Below, in pieces: positions 19,535 to 28,965 of a DNA stretch of 64,000 bases (within the stretch, counting starts at the first letter, position 1; the number at the start of each line of letters is the position of its first letter). The position numbers and the translations under genes are program-made. The stretch is from an uncultured Hyphomicrobium sp. (GTDB taxonomy: Bacteria; Pseudomonadota; Alphaproteobacteria; Rhizobiales; Hyphomicrobiaceae), in contig CAYWIF010000013.1 of the NCBI GenBank assembly GCA_964458265.1, positions 17,190 through 81,189 on the forward strand, given 5' to 3'. The notes beneath the pieces are model-generated. The model did not search any database and was not told the DNA's origin. It saw only the letters and a program-made list of their open reading frames with translations.

Positions 19535-21064
19535 ATGTCCGATCGCTTGCCGACATCTGCACTTGCCGTGCTGGCACTTCTCGCCGTCGCCGTGGCAATC
19601 TGGAACCTGCGCGCGGCGCGGTCGGATACCACGCAGGAAGCGGTCACCATTGGCCACATCCCGGCCACCGTTTATCGCGGGCCCGGGGTCGAACAAGCAC
19701 CCGTCATCGTCATTGCGCACGGCTTCGCGGGCTCCGAGCGGTTGATGAATTCCTTTGCCTACACGTTTGCGCGCAACGGCTACATCGCCGTGACGTTCGA
19801 CTTCGCTGGCCACGGACGCAATCCAGAACCGCTCACCGGCAACATCACCCGCGAAGACGGCGCGACCCGGACGCTGGTCGCCGAAACAGGCAATGTTCTG
19901 AAGTTCGCTCGCGGGTTAAGCGATGGCCGGTTGGCCATCCTCGGCCACTCCATGGCGTCCGACATCATTGTCCGCGCCGCCGCGCAGAACCCGGACGTGG
20001 CCGCCACCATCGCCGTCTCGATGTTCTCCACCGCAGTCACGCGCGATGTACCGAAAAACCTGCTCGTCATCGTCGGTGACTGGGAAGGAATGCTGAAAAC
20101 GGAAGCCTTGCGCGTGACCGGCCTCGTTTCTGCGCCGGTGATCGCACAGCCCAACGTGACCTACGGAGATTTCGCCGGCGGCACCGCGCGGCGCGCAACC
20201 TTCAGTTCCTACGCCGAGCACCTCGGCGTGCTTTACCGGCCCGAGAGCCTAAAGGAAGCGCAGGCTTGGCTGGACAAAACGTTTAGCGTCAACCGCGCGG
20301 CCGAAATCCAGATCGCCGAGCGCGGCCGTTGGATCGCGCTGCTGTTCGTCGGCCTCGCCCTGCTAGTGAAGCCGCTCACGTCGCTTTTGCCGGTGGTGTC
20401 GCCGGCGCGCGCCGGTGCCGGCTTAGCCTGGCCGGATCTCTGGCTGCCGCTCGTCATCCCGGCGATAGCAACGCCGCTGATCCTGCGGCCTCTCCCGACG
20501 GAGTTCTTGCCTGTTCTGGTCGGCGACTACCTAGCCTGCCACTTTGCGCTTTACGGCGTTCTGACCGCAGCGTGTCTTTGGTGGATCGGGAAACGCCGGC
20601 CGGACCGGAGCGACACCGTTGCCGCGGTTGGCAAGCTCGCTTTCTCGGTCTTGGCGTTGCTTTCAATTTACGCCGTGATCGTTGTCTGGCCGATCCACGC
20701 CGAATTTACGAACTTCCTGCCGACCAGCGCGCGAGCGCCGCTGATCCTCGCGATGGCCGCCGGTACATCGCTCTACTTCCTCGCCGACGAGTGGATGACG
20801 CGCGGTGAGGGCGGCGCTCGCGGCGCTTACTTCGCGTCCAAAGTGGCGTTCATCGCGTCGCTCGCCATCGCCGTCGCGCTCGACTTCGAGCGGTTGTTTT
20901 TTCTCATCATCATCGTGCCGTTGATCGTCCTGTTCTTTCTCTTCTTTGGACTGGTCAGCAGGTGGGTTTATGCGCGCACGCATCATCCATGGGTGGCGGG
21001 TCTGGCGAATGGCATCGCAATCGCCTGGGCGATCGGCGTCGTATTCCCGCTCGTCGCGGGCTGA
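19535..21064 (+). CDS. Alpha/beta hydrolase fused to a C-terminal polytopic membrane domain
   Basis: 509 aa. N-terminal TM, HGFAGS oxyanion region, GHSMAS nucleophile elbow, then about 7 hydrophobic helices. Starts 7 nt after the FrhB-like stop. Confidence 0.7.
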   Translation: MSDRLPTSALAVLALLAVAVAIWNLRAARSDTTQEAVTIGHIPATVYRGPGVEQAPVIVIAHGFAGSERLMNSFAYTFARNGYIAVTFDFAGHGRNPEPLTGNITREDGATRTLVAETGNVLKFARGLSDGRLAILGHSMASDIIVRAAAQNPDVAATIAVSMFSTAVTRDVPKNLLVIVGDWEGMLKTEALRVTGLVSAPVIAQPNVTYGDFAGGTARRATFSSYAEHLGVLYRPESLKEAQAWLDKTFSVNRAAEIQIAERGRWIALLFVGLALLVKPLTSLLPVVSPARAGAGLAWPDLWLPLVIPAIATPLILRPLPTEFLPVLVGDYLACHFALYGVLTAACLWWIGKRRPDRSDTVAAVGKLAFSVLALLSIYAVIVVWPIHAEFTNFLPTSARAPLILAMAAGTSLYFLADEWMTRGEGGARGAYFASKVAFIASLAIAVALDFERLFFLIIIVPLIVLFFLFFGLVSRWVYARTHHPWVAGLANGIAIAWAIGVVFPLVAG

Positions 21065-21067
21065 ACT

Positions 21068-21568
21068 CTATGAGCCGCGCATCCGGTCGAGCACGTTTTG
21101 CAGAATGATCGTCGCCGCAAGTTTGTCGATCACGTCCGCGCGCTTCTTGCGTGACTGATCCGCCGCGATCAGCATCCGCTCCGCCTCCGCCGTGGTGAGC
21201 CGCTCGTCCCACAACAAAATTGGCAACGGCGACAGTTTGTTCAGATTGCGCGCAAGCGCTCGCGTGGACTGCGCCCGCGCCCCCTCCGACCCGTCAAGGT
21301 TGATCGGCAGCCCCAAAACGAGCCCCGCCACCTTGTGCTCTGCGCAGATCCCGAGAAGACGCGCGGCGTCCACCGTAAACTTGGTTCTTTTGATGGTTTC
21401 CAGAGGCGAGGCAATGCCCCGGTTGACGTCCGAAAGTGCAAGTCCCAGCGTCTTCGTGCCGGCATCGATCCCGATCAATCGTCGCCCGGCGGGCAATTCG
21501 CCAAAGAACGTCACGGCATCCTGGAACGTCGCGCCCGTCGGCGGCTGATCGGCATCGTCTGAAGTCAC
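21068..21568 (-). CDS. ruvX: Holliday junction resolvase-like protein RuvX (YqgF)
   Basis: LIGIDAGTKTLGLALSD and WDERLTTAEAE motifs. Start is uncertain: GTG 21568 gives 166 aa, while the track ORF runs to 21691. Confidence 0.75.
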   Translation of the reverse strand: MTSDDADQPPTGATFQDAVTFFGELPAGRRLIGIDAGTKTLGLALSDVNRGIASPLETIKRTKFTVDAARLLGICAEHKVAGLVLGLPINLDGSEGARAQSTRALARNLNKLSPLPILLWDERLTTAEAERMLIAADQSRKKRADVIDKLAATIILQNVLDRMRGS

Positions 21569-21762
21569 TGACTGGCCCGGAATTGAAAGCTGCAATCCGC
21601 TGTTTATAGACAGCCGTTGAATGAGTCTCGCCCGGATTATCTGCAACTTTGCACGTTTCAGCCGGCCCATGCTGTTGCACTGCCGGCGCAAAGGGCGTTA
21701 AGACAGGCCCGGCCGGATCCCGCCCGCTTTGCGGCGACCTTGACCGGTTCCAGGGGACATCC

Positions 21763-22050
21763 ATGCAGGTCGATGAAGCGACGGTTCAGCGCATTGCCCG
21801 CCTTGCGCGCATCAAGGTCACGCAGGACGAGGCCAAGGCCCTCGAAAAGGAACTCTCAGGCATTCTGAATTGGGTCGAGCAACTGGCCGAAGTCGACACC
21901 TCCGCCGTCGAGCCGATGACGCGTGTCGTTCCCATCGCCTTGCCCAAGCGCAAGGACGAAATCACCGACGGCGACATTGCCGATCAAGTCACCAAGAACG
22001 CGCCGCAGACCGAAGACCATTTCTTCGTCGTGCCGAAGGTTGTCGAATAG
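21763..22050 (+). CDS. gatC: Asp/Glu-tRNA amidotransferase subunit C
   Basis: 95 aa starting [17 protein letters not shown], ending [12 protein letters not shown] 21763 lies inside the longer track ORF. Confidence 0.9.
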   Translation: MQVDEATVQRIARLARIKVTQDEAKALEKELSGILNWVEQLAEVDTSAVEPMTRVVPIALPKRKDEITDGDIADQVTKNAPQTEDHFFVVPKVVE

Positions 22051-22075
22051 CGTCTCATCCCCATCGAGGTCCGCC

Positions 22076-22351
22076 ATGACCAAAATCTTTGCGCTGCTTG
22101 CACTAGTGCTGATCGCCACGGGCGTCATTGTCTTGGCGGTCCCCAAGCCCCCCGCACCGTCCGCCTCTGAAAGATCGCTCGGTCCCCAGTCCGCGCCAGA
22201 CCTGACACTCGCCGATCAAGCGCGCGAGATTGCCGAGAAAATCAATGCGCCGCTGTCCATCGTGTTCGGTCTGGTCAGTCTGTATTATTCACGCCGCACG
22301 TACGTCTTGAATCGCGAGCTGCTCTCGCGGCGCCAGGGAGGCGAGGCATGA
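22076..22351 (+). CDS. Small membrane protein, hypothetical
   Basis: 91 aa from ATG 22076. N-terminal TM (IFALLALVLIATGVIVLAV) and a second hydrophobic stretch. Its stop overlaps the next ATG (ATGA 22348-22351). Confidence 0.5.
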   Translation: MTKIFALLALVLIATGVIVLAVPKPPAPSASERSLGPQSAPDLTLADQAREIAEKINAPLSIVFGLVSLYYSRRTYVLNRELLSRRQGGEA

Positions 22352-22758
22352 CTGAATTTCGTATGATCTCGGCAATCTTGCTTGCCGTAACTTGCGCCGC
22401 AAGCCCGGCAAACTCGGAAGGCGACCGGGCGGATTTCATTGTCGGCACCTTTGCCAAACCGGGCCTGTGCGAAAAGGTTGCGGCGATCGAGGCGGGTGGC
22501 CCCAAGAATGTTTCGACCGTCACCGAAACCCTCACCGCCGAAGGTTTCCGCACCTGGGAAGGTGGTTGCGATTTCGTCTCCGTCACGGAAGCGGAAAAAG
22601 GCAAAGTCTACGAAGCAAGCATGCGGTGCAGCGAAGGTGCGCAAGAATGGACTGAGACGGACAAGTTCATCCTCGATCCGTCGGGCAACGCCATCACCGT
22701 CTGGGTCGAAGGCGAGAAGCACGAGTTCGTGAAATGCGTCAGCGAAAAAGGAAAATAG
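22348..22758 (+). CDS. Small periplasmic hypothetical protein
   Basis: 136 aa. Signal peptide ([19 protein letters not shown]) and 4 further Cys. Packed between the previous ORF and gatA, which starts at TTG 22763. Confidence 0.55.
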   Translation: MTEFRMISAILLAVTCAASPANSEGDRADFIVGTFAKPGLCEKVAAIEAGGPKNVSTVTETLTAEGFRTWEGGCDFVSVTEAEKGKVYEASMRCSEGAQEWTETDKFILDPSGNAITVWVEGEKHEFVKCVSEKGK

Positions 22759-22762
22759 CACT

Positions 22763-24274
22763 TTGACGGACCTGACCACGCTGACGTTGGCCGAAGCCCG
22801 CGACGGGCTGAAGAAAAAATCGTTCTCGGCGGCTGAACTGACGCAAGCATTCATCGACGCAATTGAAGCTGGCAACGGCGCTTTGAACGCCTACGTGCTC
22901 CCCACGCCGGAGCACGCCCTTGCGCAGGCGATAGCCGCCGACGCGCGGCTAGCCAAGGGCAACGCCCGCCCGCTCGAAGGCATTCCCCTCGGCCACAAGG
23001 ACCTGTTCTGCACCAACGGCATCCGCACGACGGCCTGTTCGAAGATCCTCGGCAACTTCGTGCCGACCTATGAATCAACCGTCGGCGCCAATCTTTGGAG
23101 CGCCGGCGCCGTCATGCTCGGCAAACTCAACAACGACGAATTCGCCATGGGCTCGTCCAACGAGACCAGCGCATTCGGACCCGTTGTCTCGCCTTGGCGA
23201 CGCCACGGCAAGGACGGCAAGCGGACGGACGCCAAACTTGTCCCCGGCGGTTCGTCTGGCGGGTCGTCCGCCGCCGTCGCAGCCGGCCTCTGCCTCGGCG
23301 CCACCGCCACCGACACCGGCGGCTCCATTCGCCAGCCCGCCGCGCTGACGGGGACGGTCGGGATCAAGCCCACCTACGGCCGTTGTTCGCGCTGGGGCAT
23401 TGTCGCGTTCGCCTCGTCGCTCGACCAGGCGGGACCCATCGCCAAGACGGTGGAAGATGCAGCCATCCTGCTCGGTGCCATGGCCGGCTACGACCCGAAG
23501 GATTCCACTTGCGTCGATGCGCCCGTCCCCGACTACGCCGCGCAAATGCGGCAGGGCGTGAAGGGCCTTCGCGTCGGCGTTCCGAAGGAATATCGCGTCG
23601 CGGGCATGTCGAAGGAAATCGACGACCTTTGGCAGAAGGGCATCGCCTGGCTGAAGGCCGCTGGCGCCACGATTCACGACATCTCACTGCCGCACACGAA
23701 ATACGCGCTGCCCGCCTACTACATCGTGGCACCGGCGGAAGCATCCTCCAACCTCGCCCGCTACGATGGCGTCCGCTACGGTCTGCGTGTCCCCGGCAGG
23801 GACGTGATCGACATGTACTCCGAGACGCGCGCCGCGGGTTTCGGCAAGGAAGTCCGCCGCCGCGTCCTGATCGGCACCTACGTTCTCTCGGCCGGCTACT
23901 ACGACGCCTATTACCTGAAAGCCCAGAAGGTCCGCACCCTCATCAAGCGCGACTTCGATGAAGCCTGGAACCAGGTCGACGTGGTTCTTACCCCCACCAC
24001 GCCTTCGCCGGCCTTTGCTTTCGGAGAAAAGTCCGGCGACCCGCTCGCCATGTACCTGGAAGACATTTTCACCGTTACGGTCAACATGGCCGGACTGCCC
24101 GGCATGTCCGTCCCCGCCGGCCTTTCGTCGGAGGGCACGCCGCTCGGCCTTCAGTTCATCGGCAAGCCCTTCGACGAAGGCACGCTATTTCGCGCCGGCA
24201 AGGTGATCGAGGACGCAGCCGGCCGCCTCACACCTCCGGACAAATGGTGGCAATCAGGATCGAAAGGGCGCTGA
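22763..24274 (+). CDS. gatA: Asp/Glu-tRNA amidotransferase subunit A
   Basis: 503 aa. Amidase signature [14 protein letters not shown]...[15 protein letters not shown] start. Confidence 0.9.
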   Translation: MTDLTTLTLAEARDGLKKKSFSAAELTQAFIDAIEAGNGALNAYVLPTPEHALAQAIAADARLAKGNARPLEGIPLGHKDLFCTNGIRTTACSKILGNFVPTYESTVGANLWSAGAVMLGKLNNDEFAMGSSNETSAFGPVVSPWRRHGKDGKRTDAKLVPGGSSGGSSAAVAAGLCLGATATDTGGSIRQPAALTGTVGIKPTYGRCSRWGIVAFASSLDQAGPIAKTVEDAAILLGAMAGYDPKDSTCVDAPVPDYAAQMRQGVKGLRVGVPKEYRVAGMSKEIDDLWQKGIAWLKAAGATIHDISLPHTKYALPAYYIVAPAEASSNLARYDGVRYGLRVPGRDVIDMYSETRAAGFGKEVRRRVLIGTYVLSAGYYDAYYLKAQKVRTLIKRDFDEAWNQVDVVLTPTTPSPAFAFGEKSGDPLAMYLEDIFTVTVNMAGLPGMSVPAGLSSEGTPLGLQFIGKPFDEGTLFRAGKVIEDAAGRLTPPDKWWQSGSKGR

Positions 24275-24276
24275 CG

Positions 24277-24606
24277 ATGGATCCAAAACGGCCGTGGGAA
24301 TGCGCCGACATGGTCCAGGTGCGCGCGGAAATCGATCGCATCGACGGCGAACTCGTCAATCTCATCGCCGAGCGCTTCGGCTATGTCGACCGGGCATGGC
24401 AGCTGAAGATCAAATCCGCTGAAGGCGCCGTTGTGCCCTGGCGCATCCAGCAGGTGATCGACAAGGTGCGCGCACAGGCAACGGAGAAAGGCGTCTCGCC
24501 GGACCTCTGCGAAGCTCTGTGGCGGCAGATGATCGGCTGGTTCATCCAGTACGAAGAAGAAAACTTGCGCAAACGCACCGAGGCGAACGGAGACAAGGGC
24601 CCGTGA
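24277..24606 (+). CDS. Chorismate mutase (AroQ class, PchB-like size)
   Basis: 109 aa. MVQVRAEIDRIDGELVNLIAERFGYV pattern. Starts 3 nt after the gatA stop. Confidence 0.7.
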   Translation: MDPKRPWECADMVQVRAEIDRIDGELVNLIAERFGYVDRAWQLKIKSAEGAVVPWRIQQVIDKVRAQATEKGVSPDLCEALWRQMIGWFIQYEEENLRKRTEANGDKGP

Positions 24607-24902
24607 TCGACATCAATCCCTTCGATCCTCAGACCGTCGTTTTGCTGGGCATATTCAATCCCGCGACTATCCTGGTAGCGTTTTTCATGGGCCGCGCCGC
24701 CGACCAGTGGCAAAAGATTCCCGTTGCCGCGTTTGCCGGCGCCTTCGCGGGGTTCCTGCTTTATTGGCTCGCGGCGACCGTCGGCATCTTCAGCGTCCAT
24801 GCGCTGGGCGGCGAGGCGGGCCAACTCCTGGTTGGTTTTGTGTCGGGGCTCGTCTGGGCCGTGCTGGGTTACAAGTTGTTTCCGTCGGCCCGCACGAATT
24901 GA
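24603..24902 (+). CDS. Small membrane protein, hypothetical
   Basis: 99 aa from GTG 24603 (GTGA overlap with the chorismate mutase stop). Three hydrophobic helices. Confidence 0.45.
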   Translation: MIDINPFDPQTVVLLGIFNPATILVAFFMGRAADQWQKIPVAAFAGAFAGFLLYWLAATVGIFSVHALGGEAGQLLVGFVSGLVWAVLGYKLFPSARTN

Positions 24903-24906
24903 AACG

Positions 24907-25500
24907 TCACTGCGTCTTCGTTTCGGCCCCGTCGCTTGCCAGCGCGTCCTCGATTGCCGCCACGATTTCCTTCGAGTCGGGAGCCGTCCCTGAATAAAAC
25001 GACTTTACGATCCGCCCGTCACGCGCCACCAGATACTTGTGAAAGTTCCAGCCCGGCGCGGCTTTCGGACCGAGCGTCGCCGCCGCCCATTTGTAGAATG
25101 GATGCGCGGCCTCGCCCGTTACCGGCACTTTCTCCGTCAGCGGAAACGTGATGCCGAACGCGCCCTGGCAAAATTCCTTGATCTGTGTCGCCGACCCTGG
25201 CTCCTGACCACCGAAGTCATTTGACGGCACGCCGATGACGACGAGGCCCTTTGCCTCATAGGACTGATAGAGCGCCTGCAATCCCTGATACTGCTTCGTA
25301 AACCCGCAGAACGACGCTGTGTTGACCACCAGCACCGCCTTGCCCTTGTACTGCGACAGCGGCATGGGCTGGCCGTCGATCGACGTGAACGAAAAATCGT
25401 AAGCGCTTCCGTCTTGCGTTGCCGCTGTTGCTGAAACCGCGGCAGCGGTCGTCGCCAGCAGGGTCATGGAAAAGGCCTTTAGAGCCAGTGCGCGCAACAT
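24907..25500 (-). CDS. Glutathione peroxidase with signal peptide
   Basis: 197 aa. VVNTASFCGFT active-site Cys, VIGVPSNDFGGQEPG, N-terminal signal-like MTLLATTAAAVSATAA. Confidence 0.85.
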   Translation of the reverse strand: MLRALALKAFSMTLLATTAAAVSATAATQDGSAYDFSFTSIDGQPMPLSQYKGKAVLVVNTASFCGFTKQYQGLQALYQSYEAKGLVVIGVPSNDFGGQEPGSATQIKEFCQGAFGITFPLTEKVPVTGEAAHPFYKWAAATLGPKAAPGWNFHKYLVARDGRIVKSFYSGTAPDSKEIVAAIEDALASDGAETKTQ

Positions 25501-25576
25501 AGGTCGATCCTTTCGAAAGGTTCAGCCTACACTACGCCGGCCGGGCGAGGGAGGATCAAGCCGGTCGCCACGCCAC

Positions 25577-26629
25577 TTACCGCGCCGACGCCTCCTGCTC
25601 CGGGGACGCAACGGCGTCCGCCGGTGGACAAAGTTCCCGCGCCCGCGTCAACGCGGCGGTTTGATCGTGAAATGTTCCGATCGGCTTCGCACCCGGTGAG
25701 CGCGCCGCGATGTATCGATCCGTCATGCTCGCCTCGAACCCGTCGAGCACCGTCAGGGCCGTATATTCCGTCCGCTGATGCGTGTCGTGGCGGAGCAGGA
25801 TTGTCGCACGGCCGCCGTAGGATGCCGTCTGGATGACGCATGCTCCCGATAAGATCCCCAACGGCCGCATAGGTGTTTGCATTTCCGACCCCGCCGCTGC
25901 GGCCTCGACCGGTCGAATTTTGATCGGCGCTGGCTTCTTCACCGGTTTCGCAGCGACCTCCTCGGGCGGTCCGAGGTCTGGGTTCGGGCACTGTTGCTGC
26001 CGGAACTGCTCTGCAACCCACGCGATGGACGATCCATACTTGGGATCGACCGCCCACCGCCGCGAAAGGTCCGAAAAACGCACCCGCCGGTTGAGGCGCA
26101 GCGATGCCGCGATGATGTCGTCCTGCTTCAGTTGCGTCCGCGGCGCGACCGGATTGGCCAGCCGCTCACCCGAATAGGCGACGAGATGTTGGATCTGAGC
26201 GAGCACGCCCGTTTTGACATCCGGAAAACTATCGCCCGGTACGCCGCCACCGGTCGTGCCGATGCCGGCGAAATTGTTCTGCCGGGGATCGACGTCGCCC
26301 AATTTCCCGTTCGGCTGGCGGTACGAAAGAAAGTTTGTCTCAATCGCCATCTGGAAAAAGGCGTAATCCCAGCGGACCTTCCAAGCTTCCCCCCACGTCT
26401 TGTAATGCCGTGCGATATCGCGAAAGCGCGGATCGGGACGCGGATTGCGGTTCCGCAGGAACGCCATCAGACGGTCCGGTGTCACGCAGCGCGGAACACG
26501 GTTCTCGGCGGAAAGCCGGATTTCCGGCAGCGCAGTCGGCTTGGCCGCGTCCGCGCCGCCTGGCAGGAGGCTTGCTGCCATGACACCGGCGAGCGCGACC
26601 TGACGAAAATGACGGTGACGGCGCGTCAT
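25577..26629 (-). CDS. Secreted glucosaminidase/FlgJ-like muramidase-domain protein, paralog 1
   Basis: 350 aa. Signal peptide, WDYAFFQMAIETNFL...NNFAGIGTTGG, C-terminal Cys-bracketed module (CVIQTASYGG...ELCP). Confidence 0.55.
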   Translation of the reverse strand: MTRRHRHFRQVALAGVMAASLLPGGADAAKPTALPEIRLSAENRVPRCVTPDRLMAFLRNRNPRPDPRFRDIARHYKTWGEAWKVRWDYAFFQMAIETNFLSYRQPNGKLGDVDPRQNNFAGIGTTGGGVPGDSFPDVKTGVLAQIQHLVAYSGERLANPVAPRTQLKQDDIIAASLRLNRRVRFSDLSRRWAVDPKYGSSIAWVAEQFRQQQCPNPDLGPPEEVAAKPVKKPAPIKIRPVEAAAAGSEMQTPMRPLGILSGACVIQTASYGGRATILLRHDTHQRTEYTALTVLDGFEASMTDRYIAARSPGAKPIGTFHDQTAALTRARELCPPADAVASPEQEASAR

Positions 26630-26694
26630 TCCGTGGATCCTTTCCGCTGACTTCTCGCGAACCGGCGATCACGAGGGCGAGGAAGCCGTAGCCT

Positions 26695-27966
26695 TCAGCC
26701 TTCGGGGCAGAGTTCGAACGCCTTGTCGAGCGCCTGGGCCGAAGACCCGAACTCGCCGACCATCTCGCCGCCCTTGGCATAGGCGCTGATGTAGGCTTCG
26801 GTTTCCTTTTTCTCGGCGCCCTCGTTCACGTCGAGAACCGTGTAGTTCGTCGCGCCGGACGCCGAGGCTTTGATGATGATCGCTTTCGCGCCGCCGTAAC
26901 TTGCCGTCCACACGCGGCAGCCGGCTGCCTTCGCCTCTGGCGCGGCAGCCTTGCCGGCCGTCACAGCGGCGGCCTGACCTGTAAACGAAGCGGTCGCAAC
27001 CTTGGCGGTGTCGCTTGCCGGCGGCAAACCGCTACCCACTGTCTCGGCCGCGGCTTCCGGAGCCGCGTTGAGAATTTTCACGCTCGGCGATGGTCCGGCC
27101 GACTGCGACGGAGCGGTGATCGCGACGGCCTTGGCAAGCTCGCCGGCACCCAAAGCCGTTCGGGTCGGGACATCGCCCGAGGCGCGCGCTTCGGCTATGG
27201 CCTTCTTGGCGATCTCTGCGCCCTTCCCGGTAGGAGCCGCCTCGGCCTTTTCGGGAGCCTCGACTTTCGCAGTCTTGGTCTCAGCCGTGCCGGCATTCCG
27301 GCCTTTGCGGGCCTCGGCTACAAGCTCGGGACGCGGATCGGCATCCTTGCACACGCCATCGTAGAAGGCGTCCGCAATGCCGCCGATATCGCGCGTGTAG
27401 GCCCGGCTGGTCGGCGCCCATTTCTTGGCCAGGTGCGTGTAGGTGATCGGCGTCTTGATCGTCTTTTGCCAATCGACCAGTACGCCCCACTCCTGGATGT
27501 TGCGCGTGCGCTCGGCGACCGGGCTTTCGATCTTCTCCCCGCCATACATCAGCACGTGCTGGAGATGCGCGCGGACGCCCGTCGAGATGTCGGCGAATGA
27601 CTCACCGCGCGCGCCGCGGCCCGTCGCACCGAGGCCCGCGAAGTTATTCTGTTCCGGCTTCACGTCACCCTTGTAAGTGAGGTTGCCGGTCTCAAGCATC
27701 ATTTGGAAAAAAGCATAGTCCCAGCGAATGCTGAGATCTTCGCCGTGGCGCATGTATTCGGTCGCCAGTCCGTCGTAGCGCTCCGCGAGGCCTTGATTGC
27801 GGTTTTTGAGGAACGCCATCAGGCGGCCCGGCGTGGCGCACTCTGGAACGGCGTTCGAGGCGGTGGATTTGATGCCGGGCAGCTCGGTTGCGGCGGCGGA
27901 TTGCGAGAGGGCAGGAGCCAGAAGACAGGCAACTGCGGCGAAAGTCGCTCCAGCGAGGGCTCTCAT
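26695..27966 (-). CDS. Secreted glucosaminidase/FlgJ-like muramidase-domain protein, paralog 2
   Basis: 423 aa. Signal peptide, WDYAFFQMMLETGNL...NNFAGLGATGR, Ala/Pro/Lys/Glu-rich linker, C-terminal CRVWTASYGG...ELCP module. Confidence 0.55.
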   Translation of the reverse strand: MRALAGATFAAVACLLAPALSQSAAATELPGIKSTASNAVPECATPGRLMAFLKNRNQGLAERYDGLATEYMRHGEDLSIRWDYAFFQMMLETGNLTYKGDVKPEQNNFAGLGATGRGARGESFADISTGVRAHLQHVLMYGGEKIESPVAERTRNIQEWGVLVDWQKTIKTPITYTHLAKKWAPTSRAYTRDIGGIADAFYDGVCKDADPRPELVAEARKGRNAGTAETKTAKVEAPEKAEAAPTGKGAEIAKKAIAEARASGDVPTRTALGAGELAKAVAITAPSQSAGPSPSVKILNAAPEAAAETVGSGLPPASDTAKVATASFTGQAAAVTAGKAAAPEAKAAGCRVWTASYGGAKAIIIKASASGATNYTVLDVNEGAEKKETEAYISAYAKGGEMVGEFGSSAQALDKAFELCPEG

Positions 27967-28137
27967 GTTTTTTTCCGTTCTTTACGCGGCGCCCTAGTGT
28001 GGGCACCCAACACGACCAACCGTTCCTAAAGGCTTAACCTTAAAGACCGGTAAACGATGGGGACCCGCACGGCAGACATCCTTCGTCGCTGACATTTGCG
28101 GCGTGAGTTGGGGCGGGGAGGGGAGGAAATGTGGCGG

Positions 28138-28965
28138 TCAACAATCGCTGCGATGGGTGTCGGCATGCGGCTTCGAACTCGCCGGATTATGCTCACCTTC
28201 GCTCCAGGTCAGGTGCTGTCCGCCATCGAGCGCGATCATCTGTCCGGTCATGGCCGGTGCATCGAGGATGAACCGCACGGCGGCGGCGATCTCTGCGGTG
28301 CTCGGCCCCCGTTGCAGCAGAGTTGAACGTACCTCCGCTGCAAAATCCGCATCCGTCTGGTGGATGCTTTTCAGGACCGGCCCAGGCCCGATGGCATTGA
28401 CGCGCACGCGCGGAGCCAGCGCCTGCGCCAGCGTTCGCGTCGCGGTCCATAGCCCCGTTTTGGAAAGCGTGTAGGAGAAAAACTCAGGCGTGAGCTTCCA
28501 GACTCTCTGATCGATGATGTTGATGATATTCCCGTCGCTTGCCGCCGGCAGATGACGCACGAGATCCTGCGCCAGGAACACCGGCGCCCTGAGATTGATG
28601 TCGAGGTGGGCTGTCCAGGTCTCGAGTGTGGTCGTTCCAACCGAGTCCGGGTGAAATTCGCTCGCGTTGTTGATGAGCACAACGGGCGCCCCGAGTGCGG
28701 CGTAACATTCCGGCACGATCCGCGCAACGTCGCTGGGCTTTGCAAGGTCGGCGGCGATTGCTACCGCCCGAGCTCCCATCCCCTCGATTTCGCCGACGGC
28801 GGAGTCGGCATCTGCCTTCGACTGACGGTAGTGGATCGCCACATCGAAACCGCGCCCGGCCAGATCGAGCGCAATGGTCCTGCCGATTCGGCGGGCCGCT
28901 CCGGTGATCAGTGCGACGGGACGAGTCACAGCCGGCGGCATGTTGAAGGACCTTTGAGGAGCCAT
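28138..28965 (-). CDS. SDR family oxidoreductase (pteridine reductase / FolM-like)
   Basis: 275 aa. ALITGAARRIGRTIA cofactor motif, NNAS, YxxxK region (YTLSKTGL). An alternative start is ATG 28941. Confidence 0.7.
   Translation of the reverse strand: MAPQRSFNMPPAVTRPVALITGAARRIGRTIALDLAGRGFDVAIHYRQSKADADSAVGEIEGMGARAVAIAADLAKPSDVARIVPECYAALGAPVVLINNASEFHPDSVGTTTLETWTAHLDINLRAPVFLAQDLVRHLPAASDGNIINIIDQRVWKLTPEFFSYTLSKTGLWTATRTLAQALAPRVRVNAIGPGPVLKSIHQTDADFAAEVRSTLLQRGPSTAEIAAAVRFILDAPAMTGQMIALDGGQHLTWSEGEHNPASSKPHADTHRSDC

Noticed and set aside
23095-23961. 288-aa plus-strand ORF, extremely Arg-rich
   Set aside because: It is an alternative frame inside gatA, and gatA carries the amidase signature.
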